61,879 bases of DNA. It comes from Actinomycetota bacterium (GTDB taxonomy: Bacteria > Actinomycetota > Acidimicrobiia > IMCC26256 > DASPTH01). Of this stretch, positions 19,607 through 31,673 are shown in pieces. The position numbers and the translations under genes are program-made. The stretch spans positions 1-61,879 of the forward strand of contig JBKPCV010000045.1 in assembly GCA_046727575.1 (NCBI GenBank), given 5' to 3'. Under the pieces are notes generated by a model. The model worked only from the letters and a program-made list of their open reading frames with translations. It was not told the origin of the DNA and ran no database searches. Numbering within the stretch: the stretch's first letter is position 1; each line of letters begins with the position of its first letter.

Positions 19607-20716
19607 GTGAGCGTGCAGGGATGGGACCGCGTCGTTGGACAAGATCGTGCGGTGGCGTTGCTCCAGCGCGCCGCGGCGCGCGCTTCCCACGCGTACCTCC
19701 TCGTCGGGCCACGCGGTTCGGGGACGGACGAGGCGGCGCGCTGTTTCGCCGCTGCCGTCATTGCCCCCGACGACGACCGCACCTGGGACCTTGCGCTGAG
19801 GGGGCGTCATCCCGACGTGATCGAGATCGATCCCGCCGACAACCAGATCCGAGTCGAGCACGCGCAGGAGATCATCGACGAGGCATACAGCAGCCCCATC
19901 GAGGGTGATCGCAAGGCGATCATCGTGTTCGAAGCCGAACGGCTCAACGAGACGGCAGCCAACAAGCTGCTCAAGACGCTCGAGGAGCCGCCGAGCACCG
20001 CGCTGATCGCTCTCGTCACGGCAGGCGCCGATCAACTGCTCCCGACCATCCGTTCGCGGTGTCAGCGGATCGACTTCGCGCACTTGGCGCCGGCGACGAT
20101 CGAGCGGGTGCTCGTCGACGGCGGTGTCGAGCCACAGCGTGCCCACCTGGTCGCCCGCCTGGCCGGAGGACGGCTCGACCGGGCACGTGGACTCGACGGT
20201 GCCCTCGCGGCGGTTCGAGATGCGTTCGTCACTACCGCGGTGGAGCTCGACGGGTCCGGTGGCTCAGTGGCGAGCCGCGTCGATGCCGTCCAAGCGGCGA
20301 TGCAAGGCGCGATCAACGATCTCGAAGCCGAGCAGGCTGCCGAGGCGGCGAGCATTGTGTCCGACCTCGAAGGCGCGGGCTATCCCGACCGAGTCGCACG
20401 GGCTCAACTCCGGCGGCTCGCCGACCAGCACCGGCGCGCGCACCGACATGCCCGGACCGAGCTGTTGCTCGAAGGCATCACGGCGCTCGAGTCGGTCTAC
20501 CGGGACGCCCTCGCGGGTGACGGACCCCTGTTGAACCTCGACCGTGCGCAGTTGACCATCGATCCACTTCGTAGTGCCGACGCGCTCGACGCGTGTCGTG
20601 CAGCCCGTCAGGTGCTGCTCGAACACAACCCGAACGAGACGCTGCTCCTCGAGCGACTCTTCCTCCACCTTCCTGCGACTGGTAACGGACCCGGCGGTCC
20701 ACCGACTCGCCGATAG
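19607..20716 (+). CDS. holB: DNA polymerase III subunit delta'
   Basis: WDRVVGQ, HAYLLVGPRG, HPDV, AANKLLKTLEEP, LPTIRSRC; follows tmk. Confidence 0.9.
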   Translation: MSVQGWDRVVGQDRAVALLQRAAARASHAYLLVGPRGSGTDEAARCFAAAVIAPDDDRTWDLALRGRHPDVIEIDPADNQIRVEHAQEIIDEAYSSPIEGDRKAIIVFEAERLNETAANKLLKTLEEPPSTALIALVTAGADQLLPTIRSRCQRIDFAHLAPATIERVLVDGGVEPQRAHLVARLAGGRLDRARGLDGALAAVRDAFVTTAVELDGSGGSVASRVDAVQAAMQGAINDLEAEQAAEAASIVSDLEGAGYPDRVARAQLRRLADQHRRAHRHARTELLLEGITALESVYRDALAGDGPLLNLDRAQLTIDPLRSADALDACRAARQVLLEHNPNETLLLERLFLHLPATGNGPGGPPTRR

Positions 20717-20729
20717 ACTGGCCCGCCAT

Positions 20730-20802
20730 GCCGGAGTAGCTCAGACGGCAGAGCAGCGCACTCGTAATGCGCAGGCCAAGGGTTCGAGTCCCTTCTCCGG
20801 CT
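20730..20802 (+). tRNA. tRNA-Thr(CGT)
   Basis: Acceptor GCCGGAG/CTCCGGC, anticodon arm GCGCA-CTCGTAA-TGCGC, T-loop GGTTCGAGTC; CCA not fully encoded; TAGACT -10 upstream. Confidence 0.95.
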
Positions 20803-20822
20803 CCCCGCCCACCGCGAAGGCA

Positions 20823-21347
20823 TCAGCCCTGGCGTTTGCGTCGCAGCGACCGTGTCGCGACCCTCGCCATGGTCAGGGGATGCATCAGCGCAGTGGTGAT
20901 CCGCCCCAATGTGGACTCTGGGGCGTGCAGCACCCCGAGCTGCTCGAACACCGCGGCGCGGTCGTAGTAGATCCGCTCGCCCGCGAGCTTCTCGCCGTCG
21001 AAGGTGTAGACGCCACACAACGGGAGGCTGATCCGCCGACCGGTAGCCGGTAGTCCATGCCACGCGTCGTCATGCGTGCCCGTGATCGTGCACTCGAGCA
21101 CGACGACGTCTTCGGACACATGAGTGCGATCGGGTTCGATGTGGAGATCCGGGACCGCTCGCATCAGCTGCTCATAGAAGTCCAGAACGCCATCACGACC
21201 CCGATAGTGCTCGCCCCACGGCTCGTCGTCGTACGAAGGGAAAGTCCCGAACGTCTCCATCACCGCGTCGAGGTCATGCCGGTTCTCGAGCTCGACGTGT
21301 CGATCGACTTGCCGGACACGATCTGCCTTTAGTGCGTCTGTCGTCAT
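20823..21347 (-). CDS. SnoaL-like ester cyclase / NTF2-fold protein
   Basis: ENRHDLD, VPDL, ITGTH..W.GLPATGR, ERIYYD. Confidence 0.85.
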   Translation of the reverse strand: MTTDALKADRVRQVDRHVELENRHDLDAVMETFGTFPSYDDEPWGEHYRGRDGVLDFYEQLMRAVPDLHIEPDRTHVSEDVVVLECTITGTHDDAWHGLPATGRRISLPLCGVYTFDGEKLAGERIYYDRAAVFEQLGVLHAPESTLGRITTALMHPLTMARVATRSLRRKRQG

Positions 21348-21534
21348 TGGCTGTCCCCTCGTCGCACGCTCGCCGTACCGTTTCGCAACCCTGGCAGCCG
21401 GTCCGACACGGGTCAATCAGGATTCGTCGTGACAGGTGGCTCTCCTGGACCTCGCCGCACGGAAGGTAGGGACGGCGGAGCGGAGTCGACGCGAACAGTA
21501 GGCTCCCGCCAGCGCTACGAGTTCGGGGGGACGC

Positions 21535-22704
21535 ATGCAGCCCATACGCGATGCCCGCGTCGTCGTTCGCTGGACCATGGCAGTGCTCTTGTGCGGAGCC
21601 GCTGCCGTGCACTTTGCAGCCATGGGGGAGCACGCCGGCGTGTCGTGGACGCACGGTCTGTTCTTCGCGACTGTCGCGTGGGTGCAAGTGCTGCTCGCAT
21701 GCTGGTTGGTGCTGCGTCCATCCCGCCAGGCGGTGGTCGCGACGGTGCTCGTCAACTTCGGGATCGTCGTCGTCTGGCTCATCTCACGGACGTTCGGCAT
21801 CGCGATCGGTACCGACGGCACTCCCGAAGTGGTGGCATTCCGCGACGCGTTCTGCACTGCGCTCGAGGCATTGACCATTGCCGGCGGACTGCTCCTCATC
21901 TCCGACGGAGTGGTGAAGCGTCGCGTGCACGCGGCGATGGGTTGGGGCGCGGTGGCGGGGAGCGCGCTCGCGGTCACTGCGCTCACGTCGATTGGGTTCA
22001 CGCCTGCCCTCGCGAACAGCACCGGTGGCGGTCACTCGCACGGTCACAGCTCGAAGACTGCGCTGGCGTCGGCGTTGCACGTCCACACGCACAACCCCGA
22101 CCAACAGGCGGAGTTGCAGCCCGACAAGCCGCTCGACGCCGCGACGCGGGCGACACTCGCGAGCCAGCTCGTCGTGGCGCGGGACGCCGCGCTGACGTAC
22201 CCGACCGTTGCGGACGCGAAGGCCGCCGGGTACATCCAGGCCGGTCGGTTCGCTCCCGGTGTTGGGGCGCACTACGTCTCGATGCGCGGCGCGATACGGG
22301 CGTACCAAACTGGTGGCTTCGATCCGTCGGCGCCCGAGTCGCTGATCTACGACGGCACCAACCCCGATTCGAAGATCGTCGGCCTCATGTACACGTCGCT
22401 CTCCGGCGTGGTTCCCGAGGGCTTCGCGGGCCCGAACGACCATTGGCACCGGCATCGCAATGTGTGCATCAAGTTCACCGCGGGCGAGATCCAAGTGCCG
22501 TTCCCCGCCGACTCTGACATCACGCCCGCCCTGTGCAGTGGCGCCGGCGGCAGGCTGATGCCGATCACCACCTGGATGGTCCACGCGTGGGTCGTTCCTG
22601 GCTGGGAGAGCCCCAAGGGCGTGTTCTCACACGACAACCCGAACTTGCTGTGCGCGGACGGTACATCGAAGGTGGACGGCACCGGTTTCTGTCAGGGCAC
22701 GTGA
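21535..22704 (+). CDS. Uncharacterised membrane protein with His-rich linker and C-terminal exported His/Cys-rich domain
   Basis: N-terminal TM helices; GHSHGH and HVHTH; GAHY, PESLIYD, PEGFAG, WHRH..VC, WMVHAW. Confidence 0.75.
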   Translation: MQPIRDARVVVRWTMAVLLCGAAAVHFAAMGEHAGVSWTHGLFFATVAWVQVLLACWLVLRPSRQAVVATVLVNFGIVVVWLISRTFGIAIGTDGTPEVVAFRDAFCTALEALTIAGGLLLISDGVVKRRVHAAMGWGAVAGSALAVTALTSIGFTPALANSTGGGHSHGHSSKTALASALHVHTHNPDQQAELQPDKPLDAATRATLASQLVVARDAALTYPTVADAKAAGYIQAGRFAPGVGAHYVSMRGAIRAYQTGGFDPSAPESLIYDGTNPDSKIVGLMYTSLSGVVPEGFAGPNDHWHRHRNVCIKFTAGEIQVPFPADSDITPALCSGAGGRLMPITTWMVHAWVVPGWESPKGVFSHDNPNLLCADGTSKVDGTGFCQGT

Positions 22705-22762
22705 AGCGGGTCCGGCGGGTTTGGGGCAGACTGCAGACGCACGGGGCTGAGGAGGAACCCAC

Positions 22763-23185
22763 ATGGATCGTCACGATCGCATCGAGGAACAGCTGGCCAG
22801 GGTCCCGCTGTTCGAAGGCCTGTCGAAGAAGGAGCTCAGGCTCGTCTCGCAGCTGGCGACGCCGCTCGACGAGCCCGCCGGGACCGTCCTCACGCGTGAG
22901 GGCGCAACCGGCCACGAGTTCATCATCGTGCTCGACGGCGAGATCGAGGTCCGCAAGGGCGACACGGTGATCGCCACGCGCGGTCCGGGTACGTACGTGG
23001 GCGAGATCGCGCTGCTCGACCACCGGCCCCGCACGGCGACGGTGGTGGCGAAGACGCCGGTGTCGATCGAGGTCATCGGTCAGCGGGAGTTCGCCGGTCT
23101 GCTCCAGGAGGTTCCCGAGATCGCGCAGAAGCTCGTCCCGGTGATGGCTGCGCGTCTCGCAGACCTCGAAGAAGTCACGACCTGA
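22763..23185 (+). CDS. Stand-alone cyclic nucleotide-binding domain protein
   Basis: VPLFEGL, GEIALL..PRTATV; SD GAGGAGG. Confidence 0.88.
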   Translation: MDRHDRIEEQLARVPLFEGLSKKELRLVSQLATPLDEPAGTVLTREGATGHEFIIVLDGEIEVRKGDTVIATRGPGTYVGEIALLDHRPRTATVVAKTPVSIEVIGQREFAGLLQEVPEIAQKLVPVMAARLADLEEVTT

Positions 23186-23249
23186 CCTCCGGGGGATCTT
23201 CCGGACCCAGCTGCGGTCGGCCCCAGCCGCGGTCGGTACTCTGGGTGCC

Positions 23250-23861
<612 letters not shown>

Positions 23862-23866
23862 GAGCA

Positions 23867-24115
23867 ATGGACTGCGACAAGGCGATCTATCGCGTGTACC
23901 GCTACCTCGACGGCGAACTCACCGTCTGGCGCCGCTGGTCGATCAGGCGCCATCTCCACAAATGCCCCCCGTGCGCGCGTGGTTACGACTTCGAAATCGA
24001 GCTGCGTCAGGTCGTCTCGTCGAAGTGCCGCGACGAAGCCCCTGCGGAGCTGCGGCAGCGGATCGCCGACGCAATCGCGCAGTACGAACGATCTCGGCCC
24101 GACGCGCCCCGCTGA
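23867..24115 (+). CDS. rsrA: Zinc-binding anti-sigma factor, RsrA/RshA-like
   Basis: MDC...YLDGEL...HLHKCPPC (HxxxCxxC)...KC..AP.ELR. Confidence 0.85.
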   Translation: MDCDKAIYRVYRYLDGELTVWRRWSIRRHLHKCPPCARGYDFEIELRQVVSSKCRDEAPAELRQRIADAIAQYERSRPDAPR

Positions 24116-24189
24116 AGACCCGAGGTCGGGGTCGGCACCGGCGGCGGTTCTACGATGAGCTGCAGACCCTGGTCCGGAGGAAAACCAGC

Positions 24190-24426
24190 GTGAGGACGCT
24201 CCGTATCCGCTCCTTCTTCCTTGCTGTCCTGGTGCTCGGCGCGCTCGTGATGCTCGCGGCACCGGCGGGCGCGGCCACGCCGGTCGTGGCCGACAGTCAG
24301 TTCAAGTGGTTCTACTGGATCGGACCGCTCCTCGCGTTGAGCTTCGTGGGATGGCTCGTGATGATGGCCGTCGGTTACTACGTGCGGGTGCTGCGACCGA
24401 GGTGGCGGGGACAGAAGCAGCCGTGA
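24190..24426 (+). CDS. Small membrane protein (78 aa): signal peptide plus one TM helix
   Basis: SD GGAGG; AxA site APAGA; second hydrophobic helix and basic tail; GTGA overlap with next gene. Confidence 0.7.
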   Translation: MRTLRIRSFFLAVLVLGALVMLAAPAGAATPVVADSQFKWFYWIGPLLALSFVGWLVMMAVGYYVRVLRPRWRGQKQP

Positions 24427-25505
24427 CCACTCCGGGCGCCGTGGCCGACGACGCCGCACCGCCGTCGGTCGATCCTCTCGATTGGGGCCTCGCCGAACGA
24501 GTGGCCCGGCGTGTCGCTGGACGCGAGCCCTTGGCCTCGTCGTATCTGGCGGCATCGTTGCGTGCCGACTTCCGCGACGTCACTGCACAGGCCGAAGAAC
24601 TCGTCGGCGAGCACACCGGTCTGCGCGCGCCAGGACCGGCACGCGCGCAGGTCGTCGATCGAGCGTCGTGGGTGTCGGCCAACGTCCAGTCGATGCGTCG
24701 TCTGCTCGAGCCACTCACCCAACGCGTCGGGCAGCGCATGGTCGGTAGCCCGATCGCACCGATCGGTCGGCGTATCGCCGGGACGGAGACCGGCGTGCTG
24801 CTCGGCTATCTCGCGCAGCGTGTCCTCGGCCAGTACGACTTGCTCGTGCTCGACGAAGACGGCGCCGCCGATGCCGTCTACTACGTCGGCGGCAACATCC
24901 TCGCCCTCGAGAAGCGGTTCGCCTTCCGACCGCGCGACTTCCGCCTGTGGATCGCGATCCACGAATGCACGCACCGTGCCCAGTTCACCGCGGTGTCGTG
25001 GATGAAGCCGTACTACCTCTCGTTGGTGGGCTCGACGCTGTCCTCGATCGATCCCGATCCCCGCCGGCTCGTGCAAGCCCTCGCGCGCGCCGCCGAGGAG
25101 TTGCGTAATGGCCGCAACCCGCTCGACGAGGGTGGACTCGTCGCGCTGCTCGCGACCGACGAGCAACGAGGCGCGCTCGCGCAGGTGCAGGCGTTGATGT
25201 CATTGCTGGAAGGTCACGGCAACAGCGTGATGAACCGTATCGGTCGCGACCACGTCGCAGGTCAGGCACGCATGGCTCGCGTGCTGCAGGCCCGACGCCA
25301 GACCTCCGGGCTGGCGGCGGTGCTCCACAAGATTGTGGGACTCGACTCCAAGATGCGACAGTACGAGATCGGTGAGTCGTTCGTTGCGGCCGTCGAACGC
25401 GAGGGTGGCGAGCGCGCGATCGACGCGGCATGGCGCGGCCCCGAATGGCTGCCGACGCTCGACGAGCTCGGCGACGCCAAGCGCTGGCTCGGCCGGGTGG
25501 CGTGA
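24423..25505 (+). CDS. Zincin-like metalloprotease (DUF2342/Rv3626c-like)
   Basis: VLGQYD, HECTH (HExxH), MSLLEGH; conserved position upstream of tilS. Confidence 0.85.
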   Translation: MTTPGAVADDAAPPSVDPLDWGLAERVARRVAGREPLASSYLAASLRADFRDVTAQAEELVGEHTGLRAPGPARAQVVDRASWVSANVQSMRRLLEPLTQRVGQRMVGSPIAPIGRRIAGTETGVLLGYLAQRVLGQYDLLVLDEDGAADAVYYVGGNILALEKRFAFRPRDFRLWIAIHECTHRAQFTAVSWMKPYYLSLVGSTLSSIDPDPRRLVQALARAAEELRNGRNPLDEGGLVALLATDEQRGALAQVQALMSLLEGHGNSVMNRIGRDHVAGQARMARVLQARRQTSGLAAVLHKIVGLDSKMRQYEIGESFVAAVEREGGERAIDAAWRGPEWLPTLDELGDAKRWLGRVA

Positions 25506-26431
25506 CCCAGGCCGACACGGCTGCCGCGCTGGCGGAGTGTCGGGCGCGTTTCGCGCGGGCTGCTAGCGATCTGACGCCGCCCGTTGTGGTTGGGTGTTCG
25601 GGCGGCTCCGACTCGGTCGCGCTGCTCGCGCTGAGCGCGGATGCGGGGCTCGCTCCGATCGCGGTGCACGTGGACCACGGCATCCGACCCGACAGCGCGC
25701 GCGAGCAGGCGGCGGTGTCGGCAGTCGCGGCGCGGCTGGGCGCACCGTTCGACGAGAGGAACCTGCGCGTCGAGCCAGGGTCCAACCTCGAGGCACGCGC
25801 GCGAGCCGCCCGTTACGGCGCATTGGAATCCGCTCGCATGGACCACGGCGCGACTGTGGTCCTCGTCGGTCACACTGCCGACGATCAGGCCGAGACCGTG
25901 TTGCTGAACATCCTGCGTGGCGCAGCGACCGCCGGGGTGTCGGGCATGCCCGTGAGGCGCGACACGGTCGTGCGACCGCTCCTCGAGTTCCGGCGCGCCG
26001 ACACGGACAACCTGTGCCAGGTGTTGGGCTTGCCGGTTCTCCATGATCCGATGAACGACGACGAAACGTTCCGTCGGGTCGCGGTGCGCCGTCATGTGCT
26101 CCCGCTACTCGAGCGCGTGGCGGGTCGTGACCTCGTGCCACTGCTCGTACGCCAGGCCGCAATCCTGCGCGACGAGTCCGATTATCTCGACGAGCTCGCG
26201 CGCGCCGCGTGGCCCGGGCCGGACGGGCCGTCTGCGCGCACGCTGGCGGCGATGCCGCCCGTCCTGGCACGGCGCGCCGTTCGCCTGTGGATCGGATCTC
26301 CACCGCCGTCGAGCGCCGAGGTGACGCGCGTTCTCCAGGTCGCCGCGGGGGACCGGCGCGGCACCGAGCTGTCCGGCGGCCGGAGGGTGCGGCGTTCCGA
26401 GGGCCAGCTGAGCTGCGAGCGTCACGACTAA
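25502..26431 (+). CDS. tilS: tRNA(Ile)-lysidine synthase
   Basis: SGGSDS, VDHG, EARARAARY, GHTADDQAET, RPLL, DPMN. Confidence 0.93.
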   Translation: MTQADTAAALAECRARFARAASDLTPPVVVGCSGGSDSVALLALSADAGLAPIAVHVDHGIRPDSAREQAAVSAVAARLGAPFDERNLRVEPGSNLEARARAARYGALESARMDHGATVVLVGHTADDQAETVLLNILRGAATAGVSGMPVRRDTVVRPLLEFRRADTDNLCQVLGLPVLHDPMNDDETFRRVAVRRHVLPLLERVAGRDLVPLLVRQAAILRDESDYLDELARAAWPGPDGPSARTLAAMPPVLARRAVRLWIGSPPPSSAEVTRVLQVAAGDRRGTELSGGRRVRRSEGQLSCERHD

Positions 26432-26440
26432 GTTCCCGAC

Positions 26441-26971
26441 GTGGAACAGAACGCGGACGTCGGCCGCGTGATCGTGAGCGAGGTCGACCTCCGCGATCGC
26501 GTGCTCGAGCTGGGTAAAGACATCACGTCCGACTACGCGGGCCGACCGCCCTTGTTGGTCGGCGTGCTCAAGGGCGCGTTCGTGTTCATGAGCGATCTCT
26601 CGCGCGCCATCGACCTGCCGGTGGAGTTCGACTTCATGGCCGTGTCGTCGTACGGATCGGCGACGCGGTCGAGTGGCGTCGTGCGGATCATCAAGGACCT
26701 CGACCTCGACCTCACGGGTCGCCACGTGCTCCTCGTCGAAGACATCGTCGACTCGGGCCTCACGCTTGCGTACTTGCGCAAGAACTTGGCGGCGCGCGGC
26801 CCTGCCTCGCTCGAAGTGTGCGCGCTCCTCGTCAAGGAAGGGCTCCAGCGCGTCGAGCTCGACCTCAAGTACGTCGGCTTCCGGATCCCGCCCGTGTTCG
26901 TCGTTGGTTACGGGCTCGACGTCGGCGAGCGACATCGCAACCTCCCGTTCATCGCCGAATACGCCCAGTAA
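26441..26971 (+). CDS. hpt: Hypoxanthine phosphoribosyltransferase
   Basis: VLKGA, VSSYG, VEDIVDSGLT, FVVGYGLD. Confidence 0.96.
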   Translation: MEQNADVGRVIVSEVDLRDRVLELGKDITSDYAGRPPLLVGVLKGAFVFMSDLSRAIDLPVEFDFMAVSSYGSATRSSGVVRIIKDLDLDLTGRHVLLVEDIVDSGLTLAYLRKNLAARGPASLEVCALLVKEGLQRVELDLKYVGFRIPPVFVVGYGLDVGERHRNLPFIAEYAQ

Positions 26972-27106
26972 TGCGCTCCCTCGCTGCCGCGCCGGGGTAC
27001 CCGGCTCGCGGGCGCTCGCTCGCTGGCGAGCAACTCGACTCGTTCCGCTCGCTCGTTGCCGCGTGCGCCGGACGCGCCGCCGAGAGCGGCAGCGGAGCGA
27101 TTCGCT
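26972..27106 (+). repeat. Structured interspersed repeat, copy A
   Basis: Shares CTCGCTG..GGG.TACCC..CGCTCGCTC..GGCGAGC..GCCGCGTGCGCCGGAC with 43412-43655. Confidence 0.75.
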
Positions 27107-27138
27107 AGCCTGGCGGAACCCCCTTCTCCGGAGTCGCC

Positions 27139-29069
<1,931 letters not shown>

Positions 29070-29073
<4 letters not shown>

Positions 29074-29684
29074 GCGACGACGAAGTCGCGGAGCAGGATC
29101 CGCTGATCGCGAAGAAGCGGATCGAAGCGGCAGTTCGCGAGATCCTCGAGGCGATCGGAGAGGATCCCGATCGCGACGGCCTGCAGCGAACGCCGCAACG
29201 CATCGCCAATATGTACATCGACGAGATCTTCACCGGTTTGTACGACGATCCCGCCAGCCATCTCACGATCACGTTCGAGGCCGAGCACGACGAGATGGTC
29301 ATGGTGCGCGACATCGCCGTGCACTCGATGTGCGAGCACCATCTCGTCCCGTTTGCGGGCAAAGCTCATGTCGCCTACATCCCGGGCGATGCCGGGCGCA
29401 TCACGGGCTTGTCGAAGATCGCGCGACTGGTCGACGGCTTCGCGAAGCGGCCCCAAGTACAGGAGCGGCTCACCACGCAGATCGCCGACGCGCTCGTCAA
29501 CGTGCTCGAGCCGACCGGCGTGCTGGTGATGATCGAGGCCGAGCACTTCTGCATGTCGATGCGCGGCGTACAGAAGCCGGGTTCGCTGACCGTTACCTCT
29601 GCCGTTCGCGGATTGTTCAAGACCAATGCTGCGACACGTGCCGAGGCGATGAGCCTCATCACGCACCCGGGGAACCGCCTCTGA
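29070..29684 (+). CDS. folE: GTP cyclohydrolase I
   Basis: TPQRIA, MCEHHL.PF, GLSKIAR, QVQERLT, AEHFCM. Confidence 0.96.
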
Positions 29685-30736
29685 CAGGGGCCGCCGTTCC
29701 CGCACCGCACGAGCCGGCGTTCCCTCGCGGGAAGCTGATCGGACGCGTGGTGATGCTGGTGATCACCGGCGTCTCGATGTACGTCGTGGCACCGAGTCTC
29801 ATCGCGACGTTCGGCGACCTCCCGAAGCTCAGCGGTGTCTTTCCGGCCTGGTTCGTGCTCATCTTCGTCTTCGAGGCACTGGCGTTCGTCTGTATCTGGG
29901 AGCTCATGCGCGTCGCGCTCGGCACGAGCGGCTGGTTCGACGTCGCCTGCTCGCAACTTGCGGGGAATGCGCTGAGCCGCGCGCTTCCCGGCGGCGCGGC
30001 GACGGGCGGAACGTTGCAGATCCACATGCTGCAGCGCGCCGGCTTCGACCTGGCGACCACGACGACTGCGCTCACGGCCGTTGGTCTCCTGTCGACCGCG
30101 ACGCTCTTCGTGTTGCCGGTGCTCGCGCTCCCGGCGATCATCTTCGGACTCGCGGTGAGCTCCGAGCTGGTGCGGGGAGCGATCTTCGCCGCGGTCGTCG
30201 GTCTCTTCCTGCTCGGTGGCGGATCGGTGCTGCTGACTTCGGACGGTGTCATCCGCGGCCTGGGGCGCGCAATCGACTGGGTGCTCGTCCGGGTCTTCCG
30301 TCGGCCGGAGCCCGCGATCTCGATGCCCACCCGGCTCCTCGACGCGCGCAACCTGGTGCGGCGGTCGCTGAGCGCGTCGTGGAAGATCGCCTTGCCCGCG
30401 TCGGTCGGGAACCAGATCTTCGACTACCTGGCGCTCGAGGCCAGCCTCCTCGCGGTCGGCGCGGACGTGAACCTCGTGCTCGTGCTGCTCGCCTATGTCG
30501 CCGCATCCGCGCTGGCGATAGTGCCGATCACGCCCGGCGGCCTGGGTTTCGTGGAAGCCGGCTTGACCGGAGTCCTCGCGCTCGCGGGTGTCTCCGCGGA
30601 GCACGCCGTCCTCGCGACGTTGCTCTACAGGCTCTTCTCGTACTGGCTGCCGCTCCCCGCCGGCCTCGTCGCGTCGATCCTGTTCGGACGCCGACACCCG
30701 ACCGAGCGGTCCGGCAGCCACGCGGGCGCGAGCTGA
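29681..30736 (+). CDS. Lysylphosphatidylglycerol-synthase TM / flippase-like (UPF0104) membrane protein; start uncertain (CTG 29681 or GTG 29747)
   Basis: Multiple TM helices; [12 protein letters not shown] and [10 protein letters not shown] signatures. Confidence 0.8.
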   Translation: MTGAAVPAPHEPAFPRGKLIGRVVMLVITGVSMYVVAPSLIATFGDLPKLSGVFPAWFVLIFVFEALAFVCIWELMRVALGTSGWFDVACSQLAGNALSRALPGGAATGGTLQIHMLQRAGFDLATTTTALTAVGLLSTATLFVLPVLALPAIIFGLAVSSELVRGAIFAAVVGLFLLGGGSVLLTSDGVIRGLGRAIDWVLVRVFRRPEPAISMPTRLLDARNLVRRSLSASWKIALPASVGNQIFDYLALEASLLAVGADVNLVLVLLAYVAASALAIVPITPGGLGFVEAGLTGVLALAGVSAEHAVLATLLYRLFSYWLPLPAGLVASILFGRRHPTERSGSHAGAS

Positions 30737-30812
30737 TCAACCGCGCAATCGAGTCGTATTTGTCACATTTCCGCACGGCTCCTGCTGGCGGCCTGCCGGT
30801 ACGCTGCCGGGA

Positions 30813-31673
30813 GTGTTCACGTGGTCTTCGATCTGCGGGGCACGCCCTGCGGTCATGGGCGTCGTCAACGTCACGCCCGACTCGTTCTCCGACGGCGGCG
30901 AGTTCCTCGATCCCGACGCCGCCATTGCGCACGGTATGAAGCTCGTGTCCGAGGGTGCGGATCTGCTCGACGTCGGCGGCGAGTCGACCCGCCCGGGTGC
31001 GTCGCCGGTCCCGGAGCCGGTGGAGCGCGCTCGTGTCCTGCCGGTTGTCGCCGCGCTCGCCGAACGAGCTGGTGTGCCGGTGAGCATCGACACCACGAAG
31101 GCGGGCGTCGCCGCGGCGGCGCTCGCTGCGGGTGCGTCGGTTGTGAACGACGTGTCGGCGGGGCTCGGGGATCCCGAGATCTACCGCGTCGTCGCGGACG
31201 CGGGCGCGGGTTACGTCGCGATGCACATGCGCGGCGACCCGCGCACCATGCAACTCGACCCGCAATACGACGACGTCGTCGACGACGTCAGCGACTTCCT
31301 GGTCGAGCGGCTCGACGTGGCACGAGCGGCCGGCATCTCTCGGGATGCATTGTGCGCGGACCCCGGCATCGGGTTCGGCAAGACGGTCCTTCACAACCTC
31401 ACGCTTCTCGCGAGGCTGCGCGAGCTGGTGGACCGTGTCGGCGAACCGGTGCTCGTCGGCACCTCACGCAAGTCGTTCATCGGTTCGGTGATCGCCGACG
31501 CTCGAGGCACGAGCACGCCACCGCCCGGCCGGGATGACGGCACACTGGCCACGGTCGTCTGGGCGATCGACCACGGCGCCGCGCTGGTACGCGTGCACGC
31601 AGTGCGGCCTGCGGTCGACGCAGTGCGGCTCTGGTGCGCGATGCAGGCGGTGGACGCGAAGGCGGTTGCATGA
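30813..31673 (+). CDS. folP: Dihydropteroate synthase
   Basis: MGVVNVTPDSFSDGG, DVGGESTRPG, SIDT, DPGIGFGK, GTSRK, VRVH. Confidence 0.96.
   Translation: MFTWSSICGARPAVMGVVNVTPDSFSDGGEFLDPDAAIAHGMKLVSEGADLLDVGGESTRPGASPVPEPVERARVLPVVAALAERAGVPVSIDTTKAGVAAAALAAGASVVNDVSAGLGDPEIYRVVADAGAGYVAMHMRGDPRTMQLDPQYDDVVDDVSDFLVERLDVARAAGISRDALCADPGIGFGKTVLHNLTLLARLRELVDRVGEPVLVGTSRKSFIGSVIADARGTSTPPPGRDDGTLATVVWAIDHGAALVRVHAVRPAVDAVRLWCAMQAVDAKAVA

Noticed and set aside
20803-23185. Integrated element at tRNA-Thr(CGT)
   Set aside because: No integrase, no repeat of the tRNA 3' end and no obvious composition shift
30750-30775. CRP site upstream of folP (TATTTGTCACATTT)
   Set aside because: Only the TCACA half-site is present; no TGTGA at the 6-bp spacing
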